Below are positions 1-10,533 of a stretch of 64,000 bases of DNA, in pieces; the first letter of the stretch is position 1, and each line of letters begins with the position of its first letter. The notes under the pieces were generated by a model. That model was not told the origin of the DNA and ran no database searches. It was given only the letters and a program-made list of their open reading frames with translations. The stretch comes from Mesorhizobium sp. (GTDB lineage Bacteria > Pseudomonadota > Alphaproteobacteria > Rhizobiales > Rhizobiaceae): NCBI GenBank assembly GCA_004020315.1, contig SAQG01000025.1:13919-77918 (forward strand), written 5' to 3'. Made by a program: the position numbers and the translations under genes.

Positions 1-1834
1 GATCGATCGCCGGACGAACGCCGGTCACCGAGGTGTTGAGGTTGACCAGGTTGGCGCGGATTTCCGGCAGCTCGACCTTGAAGCGGGCAAAATAGGCCTT
101 TTCGAACAGTTGCTGCAGTACCTCCCGCGTCACTGAAGACGACGGCAACGGCACGTTGATGATGTGGGTTTGGCCGACGAACTGCATGTCGGCGGAATGC
201 GTGACGCGGATCGTCTCCGGCTTTACCGCTTCCTTGCCGATCAGCTCTTTGCCCTCGTTTCGGTGCCGTTCCAATATCGCATGCAGCTGGGTTTCATCGA
301 GCCCCGCCACCGGCTGGTTGACCGTGTTGACGAAATCATGCCTGAGATCGGCGACGACGCAGCCGAGCGCATTGGTGATGCCCGGCCGCGCCGGCACCAG
401 CACTTTGGGAAGGCCGAGCTCGCGCGCCAGTGCTGTCGCATGCAGCGGCCCGGCGCCGCCGAAAGCGAACAGCGCGAAATCGCGTGGGTCGTGGCCGCGT
501 GACACCGAGACCATGCGGATTGCACCGGCCATCTTCATGTTGCCGAGCCGCAGCACGGCTCCCGCCGCCTCGACGCCGGACAAGCCGGTGGGGCGGCCGA
601 TCCTGTCCTCGAAGATGCCGGTGACATGCTCGACGGTGACCGGATTTTCGACCGCGAGCAGCTTTTTCGGCGCCAGCCGGCCGAGCACCAGATTGGCATC
701 GGTGATGGTCGGCTCGCTGCCGCCGCGCCCGTAGCAGATCGGCCCGGGATTGGCGCCGGCGCTTTCCGGGCCGATCTGGATCAGGCCGGCCGCGTCGACG
801 CGGGCGATCGAGCCGCCGCCGGCGCCGACCGTGTGCACCGCCACCATCGGCACATGGATCGGCATCGCATATTCGATCTCGATCTCGTTCGACACCGCCG
901 GCTCGGCATTGCGGATCAGCGCCACATCGGTCGAGGTGCCGCCCATGTCATAAGTGACCAGGTTTTCGAAGCCGGCGCGCTTGCCGGTATAGGCGGCGGC
1001 GATGACGCCGGAGGCCGGACCGGACATGACGGTCTTGGCCGACTCACGTGTGACAAAGCGGGCCGAGATCATGCCGCCATTGCCGTTCATGATCAGGAAG
1101 TCGCGAGCGTAGCCTTGCGATCCCAATTCCTTGCGCAGCCGCTCGACATAGCGCTCGAGGATCGGCTGCACCGAGGCGTTGACCGAAGCCGTCACGCCGC
1201 GCTCGAATTCGCGCGCCTCCGACAGCAGCGCATGGCCTGTCGTGATGTAGCTATTCGGCCAAAGCTCGGCGGCAATCTTGGCGGCGCGCTGCTCATGTGC
1301 CGGATTGGCATAGGAATGCAGGAAATGGATGACGAGGGATTCGCAGCCGGTATCGATCAATTGTGAAACCGCCGCCCGCATCTCCGCCTCGTCAAGCGGG
1401 ATACGCACCGCGCCCGAGGCTTCGACGCGCTCCGACACTTCGAGCCGCAGATTGCGCGGAATGATCGGGACGAAGGTGCCGGTCATGCCATACGCCTGCG
1501 GCCGTGTCCGCCGGCCAAGCTCGATCACGTCGCGAAAGCCTCGCGTTGTGATCATGCCGGTTTTCGCCAGCCGGCGTTCGAGCACGGCGTTGGTGGTGGT
1601 CGTCGTGCCGTGGACGATGAGGTCGATGCCGTCAACCGGAAATCCGGTGGCACTGAGCGCCGAGACGACGCCGAACGCCTGGTTGTCGATAGTGGTCGGG
1701 GTCTTGGCGATATGCACCTTGCCGCCGTGACGGCCGTCGATCAGAAGCAGGTCGGTAAAGGTTCCGCCAACATCGATGCCGGCGACCACGCTGCCCGAGG
1801 AATCCAGCGTCTGCGCCGAAAAATTCTCTTTCAT
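1..1834 (-). CDS. Hydantoinase/oxoprolinase family protein, HyuA-like (N-methylhydantoinase A type); C-terminus lies beyond the window edge
   Basis: Hand translation of the reverse strand from ATG 1834-1832 gives MKENFSAQTLDSSGSVVAGIDVGGTFTDLLL, the GIDxGGTFTD actin-fold N-terminus of hydantoinase A/oxoprolinase. The track lists no stop-terminated minus ORF ending at 1834, so this frame stays open to position 1 (open-ended ORFs are evidently not listed). Confidence 0.75.
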   Translation of the reverse strand, partial: MKENFSAQTLDSSGSVVAGIDVGGTFTDLLLIDGRHGGKVHIAKTPTTIDNQAFGVVSALSATGFPVDGIDLIVHGTTTTTNAVLERRLAKTGMITTRGFRDVIELGRRTRPQAYGMTGTFVPIIPRNLRLEVSERVEASGAVRIPLDEAEMRAAVSQLIDTGCESLVIHFLHSYANPAHEQRAAKIAAELWPNSYITTGHALLSEAREFERGVTASVNASVQPILERYVERLRKELGSQGYARDFLIMNGNGGMISARFVTRESAKTVMSGPASGVIAAAYTGKRAGFENLVTYDMGGTSTDVALIRNAEPAVSNEIEIEYAMPIHVPMVAVHTVGAGGGSIARVDAAGLIQIGPESAGANPGPICYGRGGSEPTITDANLVLGRLAPKKLLAVENPVTVEHVTGIFEDRIGRPTGLSGVEAAGAVLRLGNMKMAGAIRMVSVSRGHDPRDFALFAFGGAGPLHATALARELGLPKVLVPARPGITNALGCVVADLRHDFVNTVNQPVAGLDETQLHAILERHRNEGKELIGKEAVKPETIRVTHSADMQFVGQTHIINVPLPSSSVTREVLQQLFEKAYFARFKVELPEIRANLVNLNTSVTGVRPAID

Positions 1835-2054
1835 TGTCGAAACCCGAAATGCCCGGACTACTTATACATCTCAGTTTGGAAAGGCGTTTTACGCTAGTAC
1901 CTTGACGCAAATATCATTTGTATACTAATAAATTCGGGACACAAGAGCTTACCGCGTCGCAGTGTGCAAACGGCACGCCGGAACCTGATCGGTTCGGGCG
2001 CGCAGGAGAAAGTTTGGCATCAGCACCTCGGGTTGGGCCAGAAGGTTAGGTTTG

Positions 2055-2882
2055 ATGAACACCACATCCGCGCTCAACACCGCCGGCGCCCGGCCGCTGC
2101 AGTTTCCTATACCGGCCAATGTTTACGCCGAAACCGTCGTCTCGGTGAAGCACTACACCGACCGGCTGTTTTCGTTCCGCATCACCCGGCCGCAGTCGCT
2201 GCGTTTCCGCTCCGGCGAGTTCGTCATGATCGGCCTGCCCAACGCCGAGAAGCCGGTGTTCCGCGCCTATTCGATCGCCAGCCCTGCCTGGGACGACGAA
2301 CTGGAATTCTTCTCGATCAAGGTGCCGGACGGCCCGCTGACTTCTCATCTACAGAAAATCCAGATCGGCGACACCGTCATCATGCGGCAGAAGTCGACCG
2401 GCACGCTGGTGGTCGATGCGCTGACACCGGCCAAGCGCCTGTTCATGATCTCGACCGGCACCGGCATCGCGCCCTTCGCCAGCCTGCTGCGCGACCCCGA
2501 TACCTATGAGAAGTTCGAGCAGGTCGTCCTGACCCACACCTGCCGCGACAATGCCGAACTCACCTACGGCCAGGAGCTGGTCGCGGCGCTGGAGAACGAT
2601 CCGCTGATCGGCGAGCTGACCGGCGGCCGCGTCACACTCTACAATTCGACGACGCGCGAGACCTCCGAGCGCATGGGTCGCATCACCGCTCTGATCGGCT
2701 CGGGCAAATTCTATACCGACCTCGGCATCGACAAGCTTGACCCGGAGACCGACCGCATCATGATCTGCGGCTCGATGCATATGTTGAAGGACGTCAAGGA
2801 ATTGGCCGAAAGCCTCGGCTTCCAGGAGGGCTCGCTGCATCATCCGGCAAGCTTCGTTGTCGAGCGCGCCTTCGTCGGCTGA
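2055..2882 (+). CDS. fpr: Ferredoxin--NADP(+) reductase, bacterial Fpr type
   Basis: ORF 2052..2882, with ATG at 2055 just after the TTG the track uses. Motifs RAYSIAS (FAD binding) and MISTGTGIAPF (NADP binding), plus the C-terminal VVERAFVG end typical of this family. Confidence 0.85.
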   Translation: MNTTSALNTAGARPLQFPIPANVYAETVVSVKHYTDRLFSFRITRPQSLRFRSGEFVMIGLPNAEKPVFRAYSIASPAWDDELEFFSIKVPDGPLTSHLQKIQIGDTVIMRQKSTGTLVVDALTPAKRLFMISTGTGIAPFASLLRDPDTYEKFEQVVLTHTCRDNAELTYGQELVAALENDPLIGELTGGRVTLYNSTTRETSERMGRITALIGSGKFYTDLGIDKLDPETDRIMICGSMHMLKDVKELAESLGFQEGSLHHPASFVVERAFVG

Positions 2883-2916
2883 TACGCCAGCAGTCCAGCA
2901 TTCGCTGCATTCAGAC

Positions 2917-2946
2917 GCTGATTTTGACCATGCGGTCAAAATCAGC
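2917..2946 (+). terminator. Perfect 13-bp hairpin (GCTGATTTTGACC-atgc-GGTCAAAATCAGC) 35 nt after the fpr stop
   Basis: Read directly. It is followed by TGCTTTCGCAGGCTTTTTCC, which is T-rich but not a clean U-tract. Confidence 0.5.
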
Positions 2947-3046
2947 TGCTTTCGCAGGCTTTTTCCGCTATGACCTCTTGAAGGACTCGTGAAGCGCTGC
3001 TTCACGGGCTATCTTCGGCACAAGTCGTCGAACGAAAGGGCAGGAG

Positions 3047-4102
3047 ATGAGCAGCACAATCCGCGAAGCCGATCTCGGTGCCGGGCCTTCCAAGATCACG
3101 CCGCTGCCGGCGCGCACCGCCGCCAACGCGCCGGCGCCGCAAGCGCACGGCATTGCCCGCAACCCAGGCATGAAGCTCGATCTCGGCTTCATGGAATCGG
3201 TGCGCAGCGTCAACCGCTCGGCGCTGGAACGACGTGTCGCCAGCCTGACCAAACGGCGCTCGATCAAGGCCGACAACCAGGCCGCCTGGCTGCTGCGCGC
3301 CGTTGCCTGCATGGACCTGACCACGCTGAATTCGAACGACACCGACGAGCGCGTGCGCCGGCTCTGCGCCAAGGCGGTTAATCCGTTCCGCCGCGACATC
3401 GTCGAAGGCCTCGGCATATCAGGTGAAAAGATCCGCCCGGCGGCGGTCTGCGTCTATCATCCCTTCGTCGCCACCGCTGTCGAGGCGCTGCGCGGTACCG
3501 GCACCCATGTCGCCGCTGTTTCCACGGCCTTCCCGCATGGCCTCACCCCGCTTTCAACGCGCCTGCAGGAGATCGAAGCTTCGGTGAGGGATGGCGCTGA
3601 CGAGATCGACGTCGTCATTCCGCGCGGGCTGGTATTTGGGGCGAAGTGGCAGGAACTCTATAACGAGATCGTTTCGATGCGCGCCGCCTGCGGCGAGGCG
3701 CACCTGAAGGTCATTCTCGGCACCGGCGACCTCGCCACGCTGCGCAACGTCATGCTCGCCTCGATGGTGGCGATGATGGCGGGCGCCGATTTCATCAAGA
3801 CCTCGACCGGCAAGGAAAGCGTCAACGCGACGCTGCCGGTCGGCCTCGCCATGGTGCGCGCCATCCGCGCCTACTACGAAGAAACCGGCTATCTCATCGG
3901 CTTCAAGCCGGCCGGCGGCATTTCGACCGCCAAGGCCTCTCTCGACTGGCTGGTGCTGATAAAGGAAGAGCTTGGCCGCCGGTGGCTGGAACCCGATCTG
4001 TTCCGCTTCGGCGCGTCGAGCCTTTTGACCGACATCGAGCGCCAGCTCGAACATCATCTGACCGGCCACTATTCGGCCAATCATCGCCACGCGATGGCAT
4101 GA
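3047..4102 (+). CDS. deoC: Deoxyribose-phosphate aldolase, long form
   Basis: ORF 3047..4102 with AGGAGA just before the ATG. Class I aldolase features: CMDLTTLN, AAVCVY, DEIDVVI and the Schiff-base lysine context FIKTSTGK. Confidence 0.85.
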   Translation: MSSTIREADLGAGPSKITPLPARTAANAPAPQAHGIARNPGMKLDLGFMESVRSVNRSALERRVASLTKRRSIKADNQAAWLLRAVACMDLTTLNSNDTDERVRRLCAKAVNPFRRDIVEGLGISGEKIRPAAVCVYHPFVATAVEALRGTGTHVAAVSTAFPHGLTPLSTRLQEIEASVRDGADEIDVVIPRGLVFGAKWQELYNEIVSMRAACGEAHLKVILGTGDLATLRNVMLASMVAMMAGADFIKTSTGKESVNATLPVGLAMVRAIRAYYEETGYLIGFKPAGGISTAKASLDWLVLIKEELGRRWLEPDLFRFGASSLLTDIERQLEHHLTGHYSANHRHAMA

Positions 4103-4118
4103 TTTCCGGGAGCGCCTT

Positions 4119-6485
4119 GTGAATATTCTCGAACGCTATCACGCCATGGAATACGGCCCGGCGCCGGAAGCCCGCAGCGAGGCCGATGCGTGGCTTGCTG
4201 CGCGCGATTTCTCCAAAGCCTTGTTCATCGGCGGCGAGTGGAAGGCAGGCGGCAAGACCTTCGACACCAGCGACCCGTCTTCGGGAAAACTGCTGGCCAA
4301 GGTGTCGGATGCCGGTGCTGCCGATATCGACGCCGCGGTTTCGGCCGCGACAAAGGCGCTGCCGAGATGGAGCGCCAGTTCCGGCTACAGCCGTGCCAAA
4401 GTGCTCTACGCCATCGGCCGCGCCATGCAGCGCCACCAGCGGCTGTTCGCGGTGCTGGAATCGATCGACAACGGCAAGCCGATCCGCGAAAGCCGCGACA
4501 TCGACGTGCCGCTGGCCATCCGCCATTTCATCCACCACGCCGGCTGGGCGCAGGCGCTGGACAAGGATTTCCCTGGTCATAAGGGCGTCGGCGTCGTTGG
4601 CCAGATCATCCCGTGGAACTTCCCGCTTTTGATGCTGGCCTGGAAGATCGCGCCGGCGCTCGCCGCCGGCTGCACCGTGGTGCTCAAACCGGCCGAGTTC
4701 ACGCCGCTCACCGCCATCCTGTTTGCCGAGATCTGCGAACGATCAGGCGTGCCGAAGGGCGTCGTCAACATCGTCCAGGGCGGGCCGGAGGCGGGCGCGG
4801 CCATCGTCAACCACCCCGGCGTCCAGAAGATCGCCTTCACCGGCTCTTCCGAGGTCGGCAAGATCATCCGCAAGGCCACTGCCGGGTCGGGCAAGAAACT
4901 ATCGTTGGAACTTGGCGGCAAATCGGCCTTCGTCGTCTTCGAGGATGCCGATCTCGACAGCGCCGTCGAAGGACTGGTCGACGGCATCTGGTTCAACCAG
5001 GGCCAGGTCTGCTGCGCCGGCTCGCGCCTTTTGGTGCAGGAAGGCATCGCCGAAGCCTTCATCGCCAAGGTCAAGACGCGGATGAGTCGGCTGCGCGTCG
5101 GCAGCCCGCTCGACAAGAACACCGATATCGGACCGCTGGTCGACTCGACCCAGCTCGATCGCGTCAAGGGTCTGGTCGCCGAAGGCGCCAAACAGGGCGC
5201 CGTCTGCTGGCAGCCGGATGTGGCGCTGCCGTCCTCCGGCTATTACCATCTGCCGACGCTGGCAACAGGCGTTTCGCCGGCTAACATCCTGGCGCAGGAG
5301 GAGGTGTTCGGGCCGGTGCTCGCCACCATGACGTTCCGCAACACCGAGGAAGCGATCGAGCTAGCCAACAACACGCGCTACGGCTTGGCCGCCTCGGTGT
5401 GGAGCGAGAACGTCAACCTTGCACTGCACGTCGCGCCGCAATTGAAGGCCGGCGTCGTCTGGGTCAACGGCACCAACATGTTCGACGCCGCCTGCGGCTT
5501 CGGCGGCTACCGCGAGAGCGGTTTTGGCCGCGAAGGCGGGCGCGAGGGCATGTTCGAATATCTCTCGGCAAGACTGCCGCTCGGCCCGGCCATCAAGCCG
5601 GTGCCGGCTGGGGCCCAGCCCGTCGAGCAGACGGAAGGCGACGCCATCGACCGCACGGCAAAGCTGTTCATCGGCGGCAAGCAGGTCAGGCCGGACGGCA
5701 ATTATTCGCTTGCCGTCGCCACCGCCAAGGGCAAGCTCGCCGGCGAGGTCGGTCTGGGCAGCCGCAAGGATATCCGCGACGCCGTCGCGGCTGCACGTGT
5801 CTGCAAGGGCTGGCCGGAAGCGACCGCCTATAACCGCAGCCAGGTGCTCTACTATCTGGCCGAGAACCTTTCTGGCCGTGCCGACGAGTTTGCGGCGCGC
5901 CTCAGCCAGCTTACCGGCGCCGCCGCCAAGGCGGCGCGCGAAGAGGTCGAGCTGTCGATCGAGCGGCTGTTCCTCTATGCCGGCGTGGCCGACAAGTTCG
6001 AGGGCCGCGTCCACCAGCCGCCGGCCCGCGCCGTCACGTTGGCGCTGCATGAGCCGGTCGGCGTCGTCGGCATCATAGCGCCCGATAATGCGCCCCTGCT
6101 CGGCTTGATCTCGCTGGTTGCGCCGGCGCTCGCCATGGGCAACACGGTCGTCGCTGTGCCTTCCGAACGATACCCGCTGCTTGCCACCGATCTCTATCAG
6201 GTCATCGAATATTCCGACGTTCCGGCCGGCGCCATCAACATCGTCACCGGCCGCAGCGCCGAGCTCGCCGGCGTGCTGGCCAAGCACGACGATGTCGACG
6301 GGCTCTGGGTGTTCGCCGATGCCGAGACCTGCGCCAGGGCCGAAGCCGACTCTGTCGGCAATCTCAAGCGCGTCTGGACCGGTAACGGCCGCAGCCTCGA
6401 CTGGGCGTCGATTGAGGCCGCCGGCGACGCCTTCCTGCGCCGTGCCGTCGAGGTCAAGAACGTCTGGGTGCCCTATGGCGATTGA
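4119..6485 (+). CDS. Two-module aldehyde dehydrogenase family protein (complete ALDH plus a C-terminal truncated ALDH-like module)
   Basis: ORF 4119..6485 (GTG start). Module 1 has the catalytic Glu context LELGGKS and the Cys context GQVCCAGSR. Module 2 (about 5646..6482) keeps the NAD-binding half (GAINIVTG, NLKRVW) but ends before any catalytic Cys region. Confidence 0.85.
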   Translation: MNILERYHAMEYGPAPEARSEADAWLAARDFSKALFIGGEWKAGGKTFDTSDPSSGKLLAKVSDAGAADIDAAVSAATKALPRWSASSGYSRAKVLYAIGRAMQRHQRLFAVLESIDNGKPIRESRDIDVPLAIRHFIHHAGWAQALDKDFPGHKGVGVVGQIIPWNFPLLMLAWKIAPALAAGCTVVLKPAEFTPLTAILFAEICERSGVPKGVVNIVQGGPEAGAAIVNHPGVQKIAFTGSSEVGKIIRKATAGSGKKLSLELGGKSAFVVFEDADLDSAVEGLVDGIWFNQGQVCCAGSRLLVQEGIAEAFIAKVKTRMSRLRVGSPLDKNTDIGPLVDSTQLDRVKGLVAEGAKQGAVCWQPDVALPSSGYYHLPTLATGVSPANILAQEEVFGPVLATMTFRNTEEAIELANNTRYGLAASVWSENVNLALHVAPQLKAGVVWVNGTNMFDAACGFGGYRESGFGREGGREGMFEYLSARLPLGPAIKPVPAGAQPVEQTEGDAIDRTAKLFIGGKQVRPDGNYSLAVATAKGKLAGEVGLGSRKDIRDAVAAARVCKGWPEATAYNRSQVLYYLAENLSGRADEFAARLSQLTGAAAKAAREEVELSIERLFLYAGVADKFEGRVHQPPARAVTLALHEPVGVVGIIAPDNAPLLGLISLVAPALAMGNTVVAVPSERYPLLATDLYQVIEYSDVPAGAINIVTGRSAELAGVLAKHDDVDGLWVFADAETCARAEADSVGNLKRVWTGNGRSLDWASIEAAGDAFLRRAVEVKNVWVPYGD

Positions 6486-6669
6486 TCGCCTTGCGCGCTG
6501 CGTTCGGACGAGAAGCGTTCGGACTTGACGGCAGAAATGATGTTCTTTACCGAGAAAAAACATTTGGCCCTAAGCGGACAGTGATACAGGCGGCATGATA
6601 GTGCCTACCTGGCACATTGCGCCTTGGCCGCGTGCCGGTAAAAGCCGGGCGGCGACAGAGGAGAAAAGC

Positions 6670-7401
6670 ATGGCGGATCTGGCAGGCAAGATCGTTGTCG
6701 TCACAGCGGCGGCACAAGGCATCGGCCGGGCGAGTGCGCTGGCTTTCGCCAAGGCGGGCGCCGTCGTCCATGCCACCGACATCAACGAGGTGCTGCTCGC
6801 CGAGTTAGGCAAGACGGCAGATATCAAGACCCGCAAGCTCGACGTGCTGAACGATGAGGCCGTGACGTCGGCCTTCGCCGAGATCGGCGCTGTCGACGTG
6901 CTGTTCAACTGCGCCGGCTTCGTCCACTCCGGCTCGATCCTCGAGATGAAGGACGCCGATCTGGACTTTGCTTTGGATCTTAACGTTCGCTCGATGATCC
7001 GCACCATCCGCGCCGTGCTGCCCGGCATGCTGGAGCGCGGCGACGGCTCGATCATCAACATGGCGTCTCTGGCCAGCTCGACCAAGGGCGTGCCCAACCG
7101 CTTCGTCTATGGGCTGACCAAGGCGGCTGTCATCGGCCTGACCAAATCGGTCGCCGCCGACTATGTCGGCAAGGGCATACGCTGCAATGCCATCTGCCCG
7201 GGCACGGTCGAAAGCCCGTCGCTGCAGGACCGCATGCATGCGCAGGGCGACTACGAGGCAGCCCGCGCCGCCTTCGTCGCCCGCCAGCCAATGGGCCGCC
7301 TCGGCACGCCCGAGGAAATCGCCGATCTCGCCGTCTATCTGGCCGGAGCCACCTATACGTCGGGGCAGGCTTATAATATCGACGGTGGCTGGTCGATCTA
7401 A
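6670..7401 (+). CDS. SDR family oxidoreductase (2-keto-3-deoxy-sugar-acid dehydrogenase-like)
   Basis: The internal ATG at 6670 of ORF 6595..7401 is preceded by AGGAGA. Glycine-rich TAAAQGIGRA motif and catalytic YGLTK (YxxxK). Confidence 0.8.
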   Translation: MADLAGKIVVVTAAAQGIGRASALAFAKAGAVVHATDINEVLLAELGKTADIKTRKLDVLNDEAVTSAFAEIGAVDVLFNCAGFVHSGSILEMKDADLDFALDLNVRSMIRTIRAVLPGMLERGDGSIINMASLASSTKGVPNRFVYGLTKAAVIGLTKSVAADYVGKGIRCNAICPGTVESPSLQDRMHAQGDYEAARAAFVARQPMGRLGTPEEIADLAVYLAGATYTSGQAYNIDGGWSI

Positions 7402-7429
7402 GCTCATCTCAATCAAGGAGAGGAATTCT

Positions 7430-8275
7430 ATGAAACTGCTGCGCTATGGCGAAGCGGGGAGCGAACGCCCCGGCCTGCTCGATGCGGATGGAACGATCCG
7501 CGACCTCTCCGCCCATGTCACCGACATTGCCGGCAAGGCGCTCGACCCGGCATCGCTCGAAACATTGTCGAAGCTCGATCCGAAATCGCTGCCGGCGGTT
7601 TCCGGCAATCCCCGCATCGGCGCCTGCGTTGCCGGCACCGGCAAATTCATCTGCATCGGCCTGAACTATTCCGACCATGCCGCCGAGACCGGCGCCACCG
7701 TGCCGCCGGAGCCGATCATCTTCATGAAGGCAAGCTCGGCCATCGTCGGGCCAAACGATGACGTGCTGATCCCGCGGGGCTCGGTGAAGACCGACTGGGA
7801 GGTCGAGCTTGGCGTGGTCATCGGCAAAACCGCGAAATATGTCACCGAGGCCGAGGCGCTGGATTATGTCGCCGGCTACTGCGTCGCGCACGACGTGTCC
7901 GAGCGCGCCTTCCAGGCGGAGCGTCAGGGCCAGTGGACCAAGGGCAAGTCCTGCGACACGTTCGGGCCGATCGGCCCGTGGCTGGTCACCAAGGACGAGG
8001 TCAAGGACCCGCAGAACATCCCGATGTGGCTGAAGGTCAACGGCAAGACGATGCAGAACGGCTCGACCAAGACCATGGTCTATGGCGTCGCCTACCTCGT
8101 TTCCTATCTCAGCCAGTTCATGTCGCTGCATCCGGGCGACATCATCTCGACCGGCACGCCGCCCGGCGTCGGCCTCGGCATGAAGCCGCCGGTGTTCCTG
8201 AAGCCCGGCGACGTCGTCGAGCTCGGCATCGAAGGGCTGGGCATCCAGAAGCAGACGTTCAAGGCGGATTTGTAG
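7430..8275 (+). CDS. Fumarylacetoacetate hydrolase (FAH) family protein
   Basis: ATG at 7430 inside ORF 7163..8275, preceded by AAGGAGAGG. MKLLRYGEAGSERPGLLDADGTIRDLS N-terminus and the C-terminal GDIISTGTPPGVG motif typical of FAH-family hydrolases. Pairing with the upstream SDR resembles the lower part of non-phosphorylative deoxy-sugar-acid pathways (inference). Confidence 0.8.
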   Translation: MKLLRYGEAGSERPGLLDADGTIRDLSAHVTDIAGKALDPASLETLSKLDPKSLPAVSGNPRIGACVAGTGKFICIGLNYSDHAAETGATVPPEPIIFMKASSAIVGPNDDVLIPRGSVKTDWEVELGVVIGKTAKYVTEAEALDYVAGYCVAHDVSERAFQAERQGQWTKGKSCDTFGPIGPWLVTKDEVKDPQNIPMWLKVNGKTMQNGSTKTMVYGVAYLVSYLSQFMSLHPGDIISTGTPPGVGLGMKPPVFLKPGDVVELGIEGLGIQKQTFKADL

Positions 8276-8285
8276 AGGCGCTCTG

Positions 8286-8430
8286 CCTTCTCCCCTTGTG
8301 GGAGAAGGTGGCCGAGCGAAGCTCGGTCGGATGAGGGGTGCTCCAGCTTGGCACCACAGCACTCCGTCCAACACCCCTCTTCCGTCTCTGCGCTGCGCGC
8401 CGATCCACCTTCTCCCACAGAGGGAGGAGG
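8286..8430. repeat. REP/REPIN-like inverted doublet D1 (units 8286-8340 and 8372-8430)
   Basis: Left unit: CTTCTCCC-cttgtg-GGAGAAG hairpin, CCGAGC-gaa-GCTCGG hairpin, GATGAGGGGTG tail. The right unit is a diverged reverse complement (CACCCCTC ... CCTTCTCCCACAGAGGGAGG). It sits between convergent gene ends. Confidence 0.8.
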
Positions 8431-8441
8431 AAAAAGAGGCG

Positions 8442-9440
<999 letters not shown>

Positions 9441-9471
9441 GGCTTCGTCCCTGTTCTAGAGTTTGACTGGT

Positions 9472-10533
9472 CTAGAGTCTGATTGGGGCGCCGCTGCGAA
9501 CGCTCTCGTCGGCGGCAAGGCAGACGGCGAGCGACTTCACCGCGTCGTCCATATGGCGGGAGAGATCCAGATCTTCGCGGACCGCCTTGAGCAGAAAAGC
9601 CTGTTCGAGGTCACAGAGATCCTGATGGCCGGGCTCACCCTCCATCGACAGAATCTCGTCAGGCTTGGCGAACTTGCCGTCTGCGCCGGTCGCCGCGCTG
9701 TGCAGGCGGATGGTCGAGGTCTTGGTGTGGGTGTCGATGTCGTCGGATTTGACGCCCTCTTTCATGACGATCGACACGCAGCCCTTGGGCGAGATCACGT
9801 CCTTCACGAAGAACGCCGTCTCTGAGATCATCGGCCCCCAGCCGGCCTCGTACCAGCCGACCGAGCCGTCGTCGAACAGCACCTGCAAATGACCGTAATT
9901 GTACATCGTTGGCGCAATCTCGTCGGTCAGCCTCAGCCCCATGCCGCGCACCTCGACCGGCCTGGCATCGGTGATCTGCAGCATCACGTCGAGATAATGC
10001 ACGCCGCAGTCTACGATCGGCGACGTCGTCTGCATCAACTGCTTGTGCGTCCCCCAGCTATGGCCGGAGGATTGCTGGTTGAGGTTCATGCGGAACACGT
10101 AAGGGCCGCCCAGCTTCCGCGCCTCGGCGATCAGCCTGATCCAGGACGGGTGATGGCGCAGGATGTAGCCGATCACCAGTTTTTTGCCGTTGGCCTTGGC
10201 AGCCACGACGACGCGTTTGGCATCCGCCACCGTCGTCGCCAGCGGCTTTTCGACGAAGACATGGCAGCCGGCCTCGAACGCCTTGACCGCATAGTCGGCG
10301 TGGCTGTCGGAATAGGTGGCAATGCAGGCGATATCTGGCTTTTCGTCGCGCAGCGCCTCGTCGAAGGATCGCCTGACGTCATAGCCGGAAAGCCCGCCCG
10401 GCAGCGGCACATCCGAACGGTTGACCAGTGCCGCGATCTGGAAGCCTGGGTTGGTATGATAGGCCAGCGCGTGGCTGCGGCCCATATTGCCCAAACCGGC
10501 GACGACGACGCGAAGGGGTTTTTCGGCGCTCAC
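9472..10533 (-). CDS. Gfo/Idh/MocA family oxidoreductase
   Basis: GTG at 10533 overlaps the upstream permease stop (GTGA) and is in frame with ORF 9472..10728. Rossmann N-terminus LRVVVAGLGNMGRSHA. Confidence 0.8.
   Translation of the reverse strand: MSAEKPLRVVVAGLGNMGRSHALAYHTNPGFQIAALVNRSDVPLPGGLSGYDVRRSFDEALRDEKPDIACIATYSDSHADYAVKAFEAGCHVFVEKPLATTVADAKRVVVAAKANGKKLVIGYILRHHPSWIRLIAEARKLGGPYVFRMNLNQQSSGHSWGTHKQLMQTTSPIVDCGVHYLDVMLQITDARPVEVRGMGLRLTDEIAPTMYNYGHLQVLFDDGSVGWYEAGWGPMISETAFFVKDVISPKGCVSIVMKEGVKSDDIDTHTKTSTIRLHSAATGADGKFAKPDEILSMEGEPGHQDLCDLEQAFLLKAVREDLDLSRHMDDAVKSLAVCLAADESVRSGAPIRL

Noticed and set aside
1900-1935. TTGACG ... TATACT as a sigma-70 promoter in the hyuA/fpr divergent spacer
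   Set aside because: The spacing between the hexamers is only about 13 nt. The AT-rich partial palindrome ATTTGTATACTAATAAAT may instead be an operator, but I cannot support either call.
5361-6563. 400-aa minus-strand ORF inside the aldehyde dehydrogenase gene
   Set aside because: Its composition is Arg/Gly/Ala/Asp-rich and low in complexity, it is fully antisense to a gene with clear catalytic motifs, and this is the typical shadow ORF of high-GC DNA.
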